DNA of 64,000 nt from a virus, in IMG/VR virus record IMGVR_UViG_3300042878_002532, positions 1 through 64,000 of that record; one strand, written 5' to 3'. A program made the position numbers and the translations under genes. Below are positions 17,385-26,700 of this stretch, piece after piece (positions within the stretch are counted from its first letter, which is position 1; each line of letters starts with the position of its first letter). The notes below the pieces were generated by a model. That model saw only the letters and a program-made list of their open reading frames with translations. It did no database searches and had not been told where the DNA came from.

Positions 17385-19103
17385 TTATTTCTGGAATATT
17401 ATCCATTTTGCTACTATATTTTCTCCCGATTCTTTAGTGAAAGTAGCACCGTTGCCAGATGTTGTATCAACTTTCATATTCTTCAATTTTTCCATCAATG
17501 CAATTTGGGCGGCACTATAAGTTTTCCCTGTCACTGTTATATTAGAGTCTAATAAGGTTTTACCACTAACACTACCTGTTGATGTATATCCGTCTTTTTC
17601 AAGCTTATCTTGAGTTGTCGGTGTTATCGTGGGTGGTGTTAAATCTTCTGATGTTCCACTTGTTCCTGATGTTCCACTTGTTCCTGAAGTCCCACTTGTT
17701 CCCGAAGTTCCACTTGTTCCAGATGTTCCTGACGTTCCTGAAGTTCCACTTGCTGTAGCACCCGCGCTCGCAGGATTGTCCTCGTCAGTAGCAGTGTTAG
17801 ATATAGGACCTTTCATAAAGTCTTTCAAAGTTATCTTAGTACCAATCTTTTCTTCCCAATACTTTCTTTCTTTTCTTTTAAAATCTTTGTCTTTTATCCA
17901 TCCTTTTGTTATCTCAAATTCAACACCGGGCATTGTAGAGAATACATATTGTTTCAACTGCCATACATCTTTGTCGTCTTTATAGAAAGCATAAAGTTTG
18001 TCTACAAATTCGTCAGTGTATTTGTCACCAGACTTCAGACCTTGGTTTCTTATTGAAACTATGTTTAGTTCATATGGTTTTGTGAATACTTTGTAGTTCT
18101 TTATTCTTAACATCTCTAAAAGAACGTCTATATCTGGATTATGTGCTGGTTTCTCCGGTGCTAAATCCATAGGTGCTGATGCTGTTGGTGCATCGACCGG
18201 TGGTTTTTCAAATGTTTGTGTAGTAGGTCCTTCAACAGGAACAAACTTCACCGGCTCTTTGGTTGTTAGTTTGTTTTCATCAACAGTGGATGCCCATGTA
18301 TCTCCTTTTTGTCCTTCTGTTACTGAACCTTTGGCTGCACCACCATCTGTTCTTTCTTGTGTTGCTATACTATCGTTGTCTACGATATAGACGTTCTTAG
18401 ACAATATCTTAGGATCTTTCAATGAAAAGTATAGCTGTACTTGTGCCATTAGTGCAGGAGTCGCCACAACAGGTGAAAGAAGGTTTCCTAAGAAAGGTCC
18501 ACCTTTAGAACCCATAAGTATATTTAGAAACTCATCAAACCAGTTTACAAAATTGTCTCCTAAGATTGCTCTTTGTGTAGAGTTTGGAGATCCTATGTTT
18601 ATCTTTCCAAAGTTGTCTTTTAGGTTTACGTTTATACAGGCTTCTCTTATGTTTATATTGTTGAACTTATGGTCTATTTTCAATCCTTCAGAATCGTTTA
18701 CGTATATCTGAGTTTTGTGGTCGTACAATAGTGCTTTCATTGAAAGATAGTCAGGCTCTGATAGTTGTTCCAACTTTTTTTCTAAGTTCACGTTGTAGTG
18801 ATCAGAAGATATGTATTCCGGTGTGTTTTTGTTTCCATCTTCGAATACTACGGTAACTACTTTACCTTTTTCTGGAAGATTAAAGTTGTTTCCGTTTACG
18901 TCTTTCCAAGGAGTTGCCCATGGAAGATCCTCTACCGATATTTCATATTTGTCGTCTTTACTTTTCTCGTCAAATACGTCAAGAACTCTTATCTTACATC
19001 TTCCTAGTTTTTTAGGGTCGTTGTTGTCTTCGACGGTGCCGATATATGTTTTGTTGGCACTTGCGCCATCCATCTTGTTCTTTACGAAATCTTTTGCACT
19101 CAT
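17385..19103 (-). CDS. gp5/VgrG-like baseplate spike (OB-fold) with N-half of an L,D-transpeptidase-like domain and GTS repeats
   Basis: YIGTVEDNNDPKKLGRCKIRV..LPWA..LPEKGKVV.V.FEDG...P; TAATATATA at 19108(-). Confidence 0.85.
   Translation of the reverse strand: MSAKDFVKNKMDGASANKTYIGTVEDNNDPKKLGRCKIRVLDVFDEKSKDDKYEISVEDLPWATPWKDVNGNNFNLPEKGKVVTVVFEDGNKNTPEYISSDHYNVNLEKKLEQLSEPDYLSMKALLYDHKTQIYVNDSEGLKIDHKFNNINIREACINVNLKDNFGKINIGSPNSTQRAILGDNFVNWFDEFLNILMGSKGGPFLGNLLSPVVATPALMAQVQLYFSLKDPKILSKNVYIVDNDSIATQERTDGGAAKGSVTEGQKGDTWASTVDENKLTTKEPVKFVPVEGPTTQTFEKPPVDAPTASAPMDLAPEKPAHNPDIDVLLEMLRIKNYKVFTKPYELNIVSIRNQGLKSGDKYTDEFVDKLYAFYKDDKDVWQLKQYVFSTMPGVEFEITKGWIKDKDFKRKERKYWEEKIGTKITLKDFMKGPISNTATDEDNPASAGATASGTSGTSGTSGTSGTSGTSGTSGTSGTSGTSGTSEDLTPPTITPTTQDKLEKDGYTSTGSVSGKTLLDSNITVTGKTYSAAQIALMEKLKNMKVDTTSGNGATFTKESGENIVAKWIIFQK
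17649..17747 (-). repeat. (Gly-Thr-Ser)x11 coding repeat
   Basis: 9-nt period with synonymous variation. Confidence 0.95.
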
Positions 19104-19185
19104 AGATTATATATTAATTAATCTAATCTCAACAGAGAGTAAATCAATTATATCTAATATTTTATCAGATTATAACAAAATGTTG

Positions 19186-22100
19186 TTATTTACCGAACTT
19201 TTTATTATTTACAGGGAAACTCCATTTAGTTCCAGATTGAACTATTTGTGTAAGTGTACTATTACCTTGTGTAAGTGGTGCTGGATACTTCTGAGGTGCT
19301 TTAGGAAACTGAACCATATTTAAATTAGTACTACCATATTTATTACCGGTCTTTGTATTTGAATCAAGTATCTGTTTTAAAGTTCCATTACCCATATTTG
19401 TAGGAGTTGGATATTTTTGCCCGCCTGCGGGAAACTGAAGTCCACTCATAGATCCAGGAACACTTACCCATTTACTACTTGTTAGTAAATCTTTAAGTTT
19501 TTGATTACCCGAAGAAACCGGTGCAGGATATTTCTGACCACCTGCAGGAAACTGAACCATATTTACATCGCTAGTCCCATAGTTACTTATTTTAGAGTTT
19601 CCAGTTACTATTTGATCAAGCGTCTTATTGCCTTGTGTAAGTGGTGCCGGATATTTTTGTCCAGCATCCGGAAACTGAATACTTCCCATTGGGAAACTCC
19701 AAACCGTTTTAGAAGAAACAAGGTTTGCCAATGTTTTAACAACTTGTGTAAGTGGTGCCGGATATTTCTGTGCACCTGCCGGAAACTGTATCTTGTCATA
19801 GTCTTTTGTACCAACCGGAAATTTGTTGTTCAATGGATTTGAATATCCGTCTATCATTGTTGCTGGTTTGTTGCTACCATCAGTATAGATTGTTCCTTTA
19901 GGTTTCATGAATGAAAATCCTTTAACTCCGATACCACCACCAAACTTAACTTGTCCCATAGTTACGAATTTGAAAGTAGTGTTTGAGTTGAATAGTTTAT
20001 TTACTGATGTTCCTGCCCATTTTGTACTATGTTTACTAGAATCAAAGAATGGCATCTTAGGTCCTTTACTCTGCATTGCTGCGATAAGTTTAGCTTCGGC
20101 ATCATATACTGAGAACTTACTAGTTAGTTTATCTAATGTCGCACCTATGTTAGGCATTTTAAATGGTACGTTTAGTTGAGTTCCTGGTAATAGTGACTGC
20201 ATCGCACCACCCATTACAGCAGCTACGTCTTCTCCAACAAAATTAAATAGGTCGTTTCTTACGTCAAAGAATATTCCGAAACTATGTGGTGTGTATGGTC
20301 TAGGATATACTCTCTTAGGTTCGTTTTTCATACCACCCAATCCTAATAAATTTCTTGCCTTGTTTATAGTGTTTTCCAATAATTTGGCTCTTATGCTTAT
20401 TTGGTTATTTACTTCATTGAATACAAATTTCGCAGCACCCTTTGCTAAATTGACTGCAGACTTTTTAGCATTTTCTTTAAATTGATCAAGTGCTTGTTTT
20501 GTCTTTTTCTTTCTATCTTCTTTCTTAGAATCTTTTGATTCTTCGTCTTCTCCAACTGAATCACCTGGTTTTTGAGGTGCTTTTGGTATAGTAGAAGGAG
20601 TTTCATCTCCTGATGTACCTGTAACTATCTTAGCTTCTTCACCATCCGATTCTGCACTTACTTTGAATGCGTCCATTATGATGGCTTTAGTTACTCCATT
20701 TCCTCTCATAGTGTTTGTTCCTACCGTGTAGAATTTAGGAACAGAAGTATCAACAGTTACGAATCCGCCTACGTTTCTAGCACTTCTCATTCCTTTGTTT
20801 CCTATCTTCCATATAGCACCATTGTTATATCCTACATATTGTCCGAACTTCTCTGTATCTGGTATCCACTTTTCGAGTTTCATATGTGCATATTTATAAT
20901 CGAAAGTAACTTCAAATGCAGCGTTTCCATCACCATACATTTTAATAGTACCCATGTCGATAGAATCTTCATGTGGCATGGTATTGAAGTAGAACTGACA
21001 TTCTCTAAGAGAGTATATGTATCTAGACACATTGTCTTTTATTATCTCTAAATCTCCTGTTTTTGTTGCTTTTCTAACTCTATTGAAGTTTCTACATTCA
21101 GAAACTATTATATCACAATTGAATCTTAGAAGATTTTCAGGAATAAGTCCTTTACCATTTGGTTTTGACCAATAAAGTAGTTTGTATAGATGTGCTAATG
21201 TACCCATTGTTGCAGATACGTCTTCTAAGAATGTAAGCTTTATTACATCTTTACCATAATCTGTTAAGTATTTTTTAGTTTCTGCACTATTGGACTCTAT
21301 TAGTTTAGAAAGACCATCAATTTTTTGCAAATAGTATGACATATAAGCCTTTTTACCTGGTCTGTATAGGTTTGTTTGTGTCTCTGCTCCAGCATATGCT
21401 GATAGTAGACCATCAACACTGGATGCTAGTGCTTGACCATCACGTTGTTTGTTTATAAGAACGTCGTCTCCTTTGTATGTTTTTTGATTAACTGATCCTT
21501 TCGTTCTGAATATTTTTGAAAATTGTCTTTTGAAATCATCCAATACTATGGCTCTTGATGCAATCTCACTCACGTATGAAAATTCTGATATGAAGTCCTC
21601 TACCGATCCGTTCAATAGTGGTGAACTGAACGCGTCGATTACTATCTCAACTCCGTACATTACAGGATCGTTGTTTTCATATGGTGTATTTTTAAAAGAA
21701 GCCAATCTAAAAGAGTCTCCAGATCCATTCCATGATTCTCTTGCACCAGTTCCTGATTTTAGATTTGTATATCCATCGATGTGAAGACCATGTCTAAAGT
21801 AGTCTGTTCCTTGGTCATTGAATCTAAGATAGTAGTCTCTTGCTGAATATGCTTCAGATTCTACTTTGTCTCTTGTTGTTTCTTCAAGTTTTTGTTTTGT
21901 ATCGGTACTTACAAAGTTTTTGGCAAACTGTGTGTAATAATCACTTTCAAGATGTGAATTCATAAGATGTCCTATCCATGCGTTTCCATCATTCCAACTA
22001 TATTCATTTATTTTACCTTTTCCTAATTTAGTATCTAATATTTGCTTACTTAAAAATGAAGGAGGTAAAAATCCTGGTTCGTATCTTTTAGTTCCTTTTA

Positions 22101-22341
22101 AAGATATGACGGTTAGTGGTTTTATTATTATTGATGGACTCCAATCTGTAGGTTTATTTGTATTGACGTTTTTGGTAAGATCATCTGGAGTTGCTTGAAG
22201 GGTTGTCGTACCTGGTGAAAATGATCCATCTGTTCTAAAATCTCCTTGTACCACGTCCAACAAGGCACCTACAGGAAGCTTTGAGTTGTCAAATAACCCA
22301 AGCGTACCACCACCAAATTTCAAATTACTAAAATATCCCAT
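19186..22341 (-). CDS. Large baseplate/tail structural protein with five C-terminal QFPxxxQKYPxP repeats
   Basis: 1051 aa within the baseplate cluster; repeats visible in the translation. Confidence 0.6.
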   Translation of the reverse strand: MGYFSNLKFGGGTLGLFDNSKLPVGALLDVVQGDFRTDGSFSPGTTTLQATPDDLTKNVNTNKPTDWSPSIIIKPLTVISLKGTKRYEPGFLPPSFLSKQILDTKLGKGKINEYSWNDGNAWIGHLMNSHLESDYYTQFAKNFVSTDTKQKLEETTRDKVESEAYSARDYYLRFNDQGTDYFRHGLHIDGYTNLKSGTGARESWNGSGDSFRLASFKNTPYENNDPVMYGVEIVIDAFSSPLLNGSVEDFISEFSYVSEIASRAIVLDDFKRQFSKIFRTKGSVNQKTYKGDDVLINKQRDGQALASSVDGLLSAYAGAETQTNLYRPGKKAYMSYYLQKIDGLSKLIESNSAETKKYLTDYGKDVIKLTFLEDVSATMGTLAHLYKLLYWSKPNGKGLIPENLLRFNCDIIVSECRNFNRVRKATKTGDLEIIKDNVSRYIYSLRECQFYFNTMPHEDSIDMGTIKMYGDGNAAFEVTFDYKYAHMKLEKWIPDTEKFGQYVGYNNGAIWKIGNKGMRSARNVGGFVTVDTSVPKFYTVGTNTMRGNGVTKAIIMDAFKVSAESDGEEAKIVTGTSGDETPSTIPKAPQKPGDSVGEDEESKDSKKEDRKKKTKQALDQFKENAKKSAVNLAKGAAKFVFNEVNNQISIRAKLLENTINKARNLLGLGGMKNEPKRVYPRPYTPHSFGIFFDVRNDLFNFVGEDVAAVMGGAMQSLLPGTQLNVPFKMPNIGATLDKLTSKFSVYDAEAKLIAAMQSKGPKMPFFDSSKHSTKWAGTSVNKLFNSNTTFKFVTMGQVKFGGGIGVKGFSFMKPKGTIYTDGSNKPATMIDGYSNPLNNKFPVGTKDYDKIQFPAGAQKYPAPLTQVVKTLANLVSSKTVWSFPMGSIQFPDAGQKYPAPLTQGNKTLDQIVTGNSKISNYGTSDVNMVQFPAGGQKYPAPVSSGNQKLKDLLTSSKWVSVPGSMSGLQFPAGGQKYPTPTNMGNGTLKQILDSNTKTGNKYGSTNLNMVQFPKAPQKYPAPLTQGNSTLTQIVQSGTKWSFPVNNKKFGK
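19207..19793 (-). repeat. Five ~37-42 aa repeats (QFPAGxQKYPAPLTQGN.TL..IV)
   Basis: Direct reading of the translation. Confidence 0.9.
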
Positions 22342-22365
22342 AAACTATATATAAAAAATCTATTG

Positions 22366-23790
22366 CTATGTATAAGAAGATGGATTTTTCTCAAGTACTG
22401 ACCAATAGTAAGTAAATTTTTCTTTTCTATCTGCTAGACCATTGTCACCACCATTAACCCATCTTGATATTTTGGTAACGATATCCATACCTGCTCCTTC
22501 GTTTGCCTTTTTAGGGAAGTTTTTAACACCTTTTGGACCAGCAACACTCCAGAACCAAACAGAACAATCTGCTGCAAATTTTCCTTCTAGTAACTCAGGA
22601 TTTGCCACAACATCGTCTTTTATTCCTTTAGATTTTAAGTAAGTGTTGTATGATGTGTAGTTTGCTCTTCCTGTTATTTGTATATAACCTCTTCCTTTGT
22701 ATCTAACACCATCTCCTGTTTGTGTATTTCCTAAATCTTTTCTACCTTCATATGCCTTACCAGATGCAAACTCTCTCTTCCAAGCAAATTGTCCAGATTC
22801 GTGAGCACATTGTGCAAGGAAGTGAGCTCTTTCAAGTGCACTCTTTATACCATAGTCTTTCATTGCTTTAATAACGTCTGCAGGTGGTGATTTGGATGGT
22901 TTTCCAGGTTTGTACTTAACCATCTCTTTAGCTATTTCTGTTTTCTCTTCTGGTGTGATATTTGAATTTGTATCTTGTGATATTTGTTGGATATATGCAT
23001 CAAAAGTTACTTTTAGTTCTTCATCTCCTGCAAAAATTTCTTCTGAGAATTCTTCATCCATCTCTTCCGCTGGTGGTACTTCTAAAGGTTCTTCTTTGAT
23101 TTCACCAACACCTACTATTGTCAATGTTCCTAGTTCGTTGTTTACTCCTATAAACTGATTGTCTTGTTCTATGTTGAAAGTGAATTCTCCTGCTAAACTG
23201 TCACCACTTGTTCCTGAAGTACCACCAGTTCCAGAAGTCCCGCTAGTACCAGAAGTCCCGCTAGTACCAGAAGTACCTGCTGGAGTTTCAGTGGTTGTTT
23301 TAGTAACGTCACCACTAGTTCCTGATGTTCCACTAGTTCCTGATGTTCCTGATGTACCACTTGTACTTGAATCTGTAGAGTCTGGAGTAGAGTCGGAAGC
23401 ATAAAAATCTATTTCTACTCCAAATAGATTTTTATATCTTTCTTTTATCATATCTCTTGCCGCAGTATCCGCTATGTATTCGTAGTAATTGTCTTTAGTT
23501 ACTTCACTTCCCCATCCAGTAGTGTCACTAAAAGATATTTCTATTTTTTTTTCTGTAACCACTGCATTAGTTATAGGATTTGTAAATGGATTTATAAGAC
23601 CTGTGGCTTCTGCACTTGCTTTCCAATATCCATTTCCATCTTTAGTCGAATTTGGAGCACCATCTTTCACTTTGGAAAAATCATATACACGAACTTTTAT
23701 TTTCGCATAATCGGTTCCAGCAGGTATTGAAGTTACCCAGTTTGCATCGGTGGGTGTTTTATATTTTTTTACTGAATAAATATATTCCAT
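22366..23790 (-). CDS. Virion-associated GH19 (chitinase-like) lysozyme with N-terminal modules and GTS repeats
   Basis: HFLAQCAHESG, YEGRKDLGN, YKGRGYIQITGRANY, VNGGDNGLADR. Confidence 0.88.
   Translation of the reverse strand: MEYIYSVKKYKTPTDANWVTSIPAGTDYAKIKVRVYDFSKVKDGAPNSTKDGNGYWKASAEATGLINPFTNPITNAVVTEKKIEISFSDTTGWGSEVTKDNYYEYIADTAARDMIKERYKNLFGVEIDFYASDSTPDSTDSSTSGTSGTSGTSGTSGTSGDVTKTTTETPAGTSGTSGTSGTSGTSGTGGTSGTSGDSLAGEFTFNIEQDNQFIGVNNELGTLTIVGVGEIKEEPLEVPPAEEMDEEFSEEIFAGDEELKVTFDAYIQQISQDTNSNITPEEKTEIAKEMVKYKPGKPSKSPPADVIKAMKDYGIKSALERAHFLAQCAHESGQFAWKREFASGKAYEGRKDLGNTQTGDGVRYKGRGYIQITGRANYTSYNTYLKSKGIKDDVVANPELLEGKFAADCSVWFWSVAGPKGVKNFPKKANEGAGMDIVTKISRWVNGGDNGLADRKEKFTYYWSVLEKNPSSYT
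23203..23364 (-). repeat. Two GTS/TSG tracts
   Basis: TSG repeats flanking DVTKTTTETPA. Confidence 0.9.
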
Positions 23791-26700
23791 TATTTTTTCT
23801 GAGATTTTTTAACTATGTTAAAGGTTGCCTTTAGTGTTTTTAATTCGTATGGGTTGTGATTGGTAACAGGATCTTTTGTCATAAGCCTTTGTCTCTCAAC
23901 TTCCCACATACCGGTTCCGTTGTATGGTTTTCCTGCGTTTTCTCCATCATGGTTTATCTTCACATATAGTGGCACGTAGTATTTGACTTCTAAGGTATAG
24001 ACACCTGGTTTGAATCCGGTGGTCATGTCGTAGTATAGCGTGTTTTCTCCACCGACTGGAGTATATTCTTGGTCTGGTGCGACTAAAACACTGGCGGTTG
24101 GTGAACCGTCACCAGGGTAAGCAAACCATCTGCTATATTCGTATTTTGGTGGTGTTCCTGCGAATCCGCCCTTTACTTGTGCAGTCGTTGATGTTGAATT
24201 ATTTGTATCACCGAATTCTTTGACAACATTGCCGTCTGAGTCAAGTACTCTTATGGTACCCTTTGGTACGCTCCAAGCATCAAATCCCCATAACTTCTCA
24301 CCATTTTCTTTTAAATGTCCCCATTTTTCTTGTCCGTAGAATATTCTGTATTTTAATGATTCATAGATTTTAGGGTTTCCACTATCCAATATGTTGTAGC
24401 TATTGTTATTGGAGTATGGAGATATAACGACATCGTTTGTAAAAAAATCATTTATACCTTGGTCTGAGAGCTCAAAAACCGTCCAATTGAAAGGAGTCAA
24501 TGCCTTTTGCCAATCTTCGCTAGGTTTGTATGTAGGGAAAGGTCTCTTGATTGCAATGAATAGAGATTTTGAGTCTTTTATATTGTCTTCTGCACTTATT
24601 AGATTTCCTGAACTGGTTAGTTGTGCATGGTTGTTTGTTACGTCGGAAACTCTTGCCTGTGTATAGTCTCCGTCTATTCCGCCCCATGCAAGTTCTAGTT
24701 TTACTTCATGTCGATAGACTCCGCTTGCGGTTGCAACAATTGTTTCTGGTACTGCATCCGCAACGGTAGATTGTGATACTCCGGTTATAGTATCTGGACT
24801 AGTAAGTGTTTGGTTTGGAATAGCAAATGGATCTTTCAATGATGTAACTACGTCAATACCATTCTCCGACAATTTATTTATCGTAAGTATATATTTTTTA
24901 CCTGAAGAATCTTGAACGGTAAATATATCACCAACTTTGTATTTTTCGTTTGGTTTGTATGTTATAGTTGATGATGCACTTCCAACAATAGGATTTTCGT
25001 TTTTCTCTTCTTTCTTTTCTTTTGTTCCATTGTTTGTTCCTTCTTTGATTTCTGCAGGATCTTTACCCATTTCTTTTCTGGCTAATGTTATTTCTTGACT
25101 AAGAACACCATTTAAGAATGTGTATTTAATGCTTGCAATCATCCATTCACCTGAATATCTCCATTGTACCGTTTCTGGAGCAGCGACGGTTGCGGCATCT
25201 TTCATCAAGAAAACCTGTATCTTTTGAAATCTGTATAGGTTGAAGTTAGGATTTGGAAGACTGATATCCATCTGGTTCTTCATCATGTTATCAAGGTTTA
25301 TCTTGTTTTGAGTAACTGCATAATTGTGATTTTTGTGTACATTGTCAGTATCAATCTTACCATGATATTTTGTAACATAGTTATTGTCAAACGATTCTTT
25401 ATCACCTTCACTACCTTTTAATATGTGACTTTTTGAACCATCACTGGTAGTAGAATCAACATCAAAAACCAAAAACATTTTTTTTACAGTGTCATAGAAT
25501 TTAGTTCTTGTTCTATATCCTTGCTCCATACTAATCTTTGTAGATTCGTTTCTTTCTGCCTTTTTTGAAAAGTACATACTACTGGTTTGTTGTCCTTTTT
25601 CAGAAGTTAGTTTTAGACTTTTGATTTTATCCGCGTCCTTTTCACCTGGTTTGTCTATACCACCGGTGTCTATTCCAACATCGTTTGTTATGTCTCTTTT
25701 CATTTCTTTCTCTATATCAACATAGTTAAAACAATAGTAGAAATCTATATAACCTGCCATAAAAGATTCTTCTGATATATAAGAATGTTTTATTATATCC
25801 TCCATGAATTTGTACTCTTTATCACCTACATTTCTCCAAGGCATAGTGTCTGTGGTGTTTTCTATATTAGAGTTGAATCCAATCTTTAAATCTTTACATA
25901 TCTCTCTAAGAACTTCAAATGAAGTTCCTCTTCTTACTTTAAATTTGTTTCTATAAAGGTCTGAAACATCTAATGTTCCTGATAAACTATATTGTCCTGC
26001 CTCCATTCTTCCAAATTCTTCTATTTTGAATATAAGATGTATATATTTAAGGTTAACTGATCTAGAGTTTAGAAAAATATCAAATTTAGTGTCATCACGA
26101 GGTGGTTGTTTTGAAATCATACCATTTGTGTCTCTAAACAATATATCTACCTTTGGAATCATTCCTTCGTGGTATAAAGAGAATGATATTATATCCCTAT
26201 CGTTTATCTGTGAACCACCAATGCTTAAGAACGGAGTAAGACCTATAGTAGTAGCAACTTGTTGCGAACCACCTTTGTCTGTACCCTGTCTTTCGAATTC
26301 CATTGGTTTAACTTCTATAGTTGGTCTGTCTATTTGAGTTATTATTGGTCTTGTTCCTGATGCATTTGATTCTGTGACACCTTTACTTTCCTGTGGTATG
26401 ACTGTTGGTTCTGGAAGAACTTTAAATTTAATTTCTGTTGGTTCAACATCAGGAGAAGTACTACCAACCGTTACTACATAGTCACCAGGTTGGTCAAATT
26501 GTATTCCACTAAAATCTGCTTTCCCACCTGATATTTCTACTTCAGTAACACCTATTATAACTCCAGGTCCACTCTTTACTTTAAGAGTAAACTTTCCTAC
26601 AGTCATTACTGGATTTGTTGTTGGTTTTCCACTTGGACTTCCATTGTCTACACCAGATGCAGACATTCCTGCAGGGTCCGGTGATTCTGGAAATGGATAT

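Noticed and set aside
16690-17925. Self-splicing intron or readthrough rejoining the split LDT-like domain
   Set aside because: The intervening DNA encodes recognisable protein modules (GTS tract, PFTNP module), the halves are in different frames, and no group I/II intron features were seen.
17649-23364. 9-nt periodic repeats as a CRISPR array or DNA-level VNTR
   Set aside because: No spacers; in-frame Gly-Thr-Ser coding with synonymous variation.
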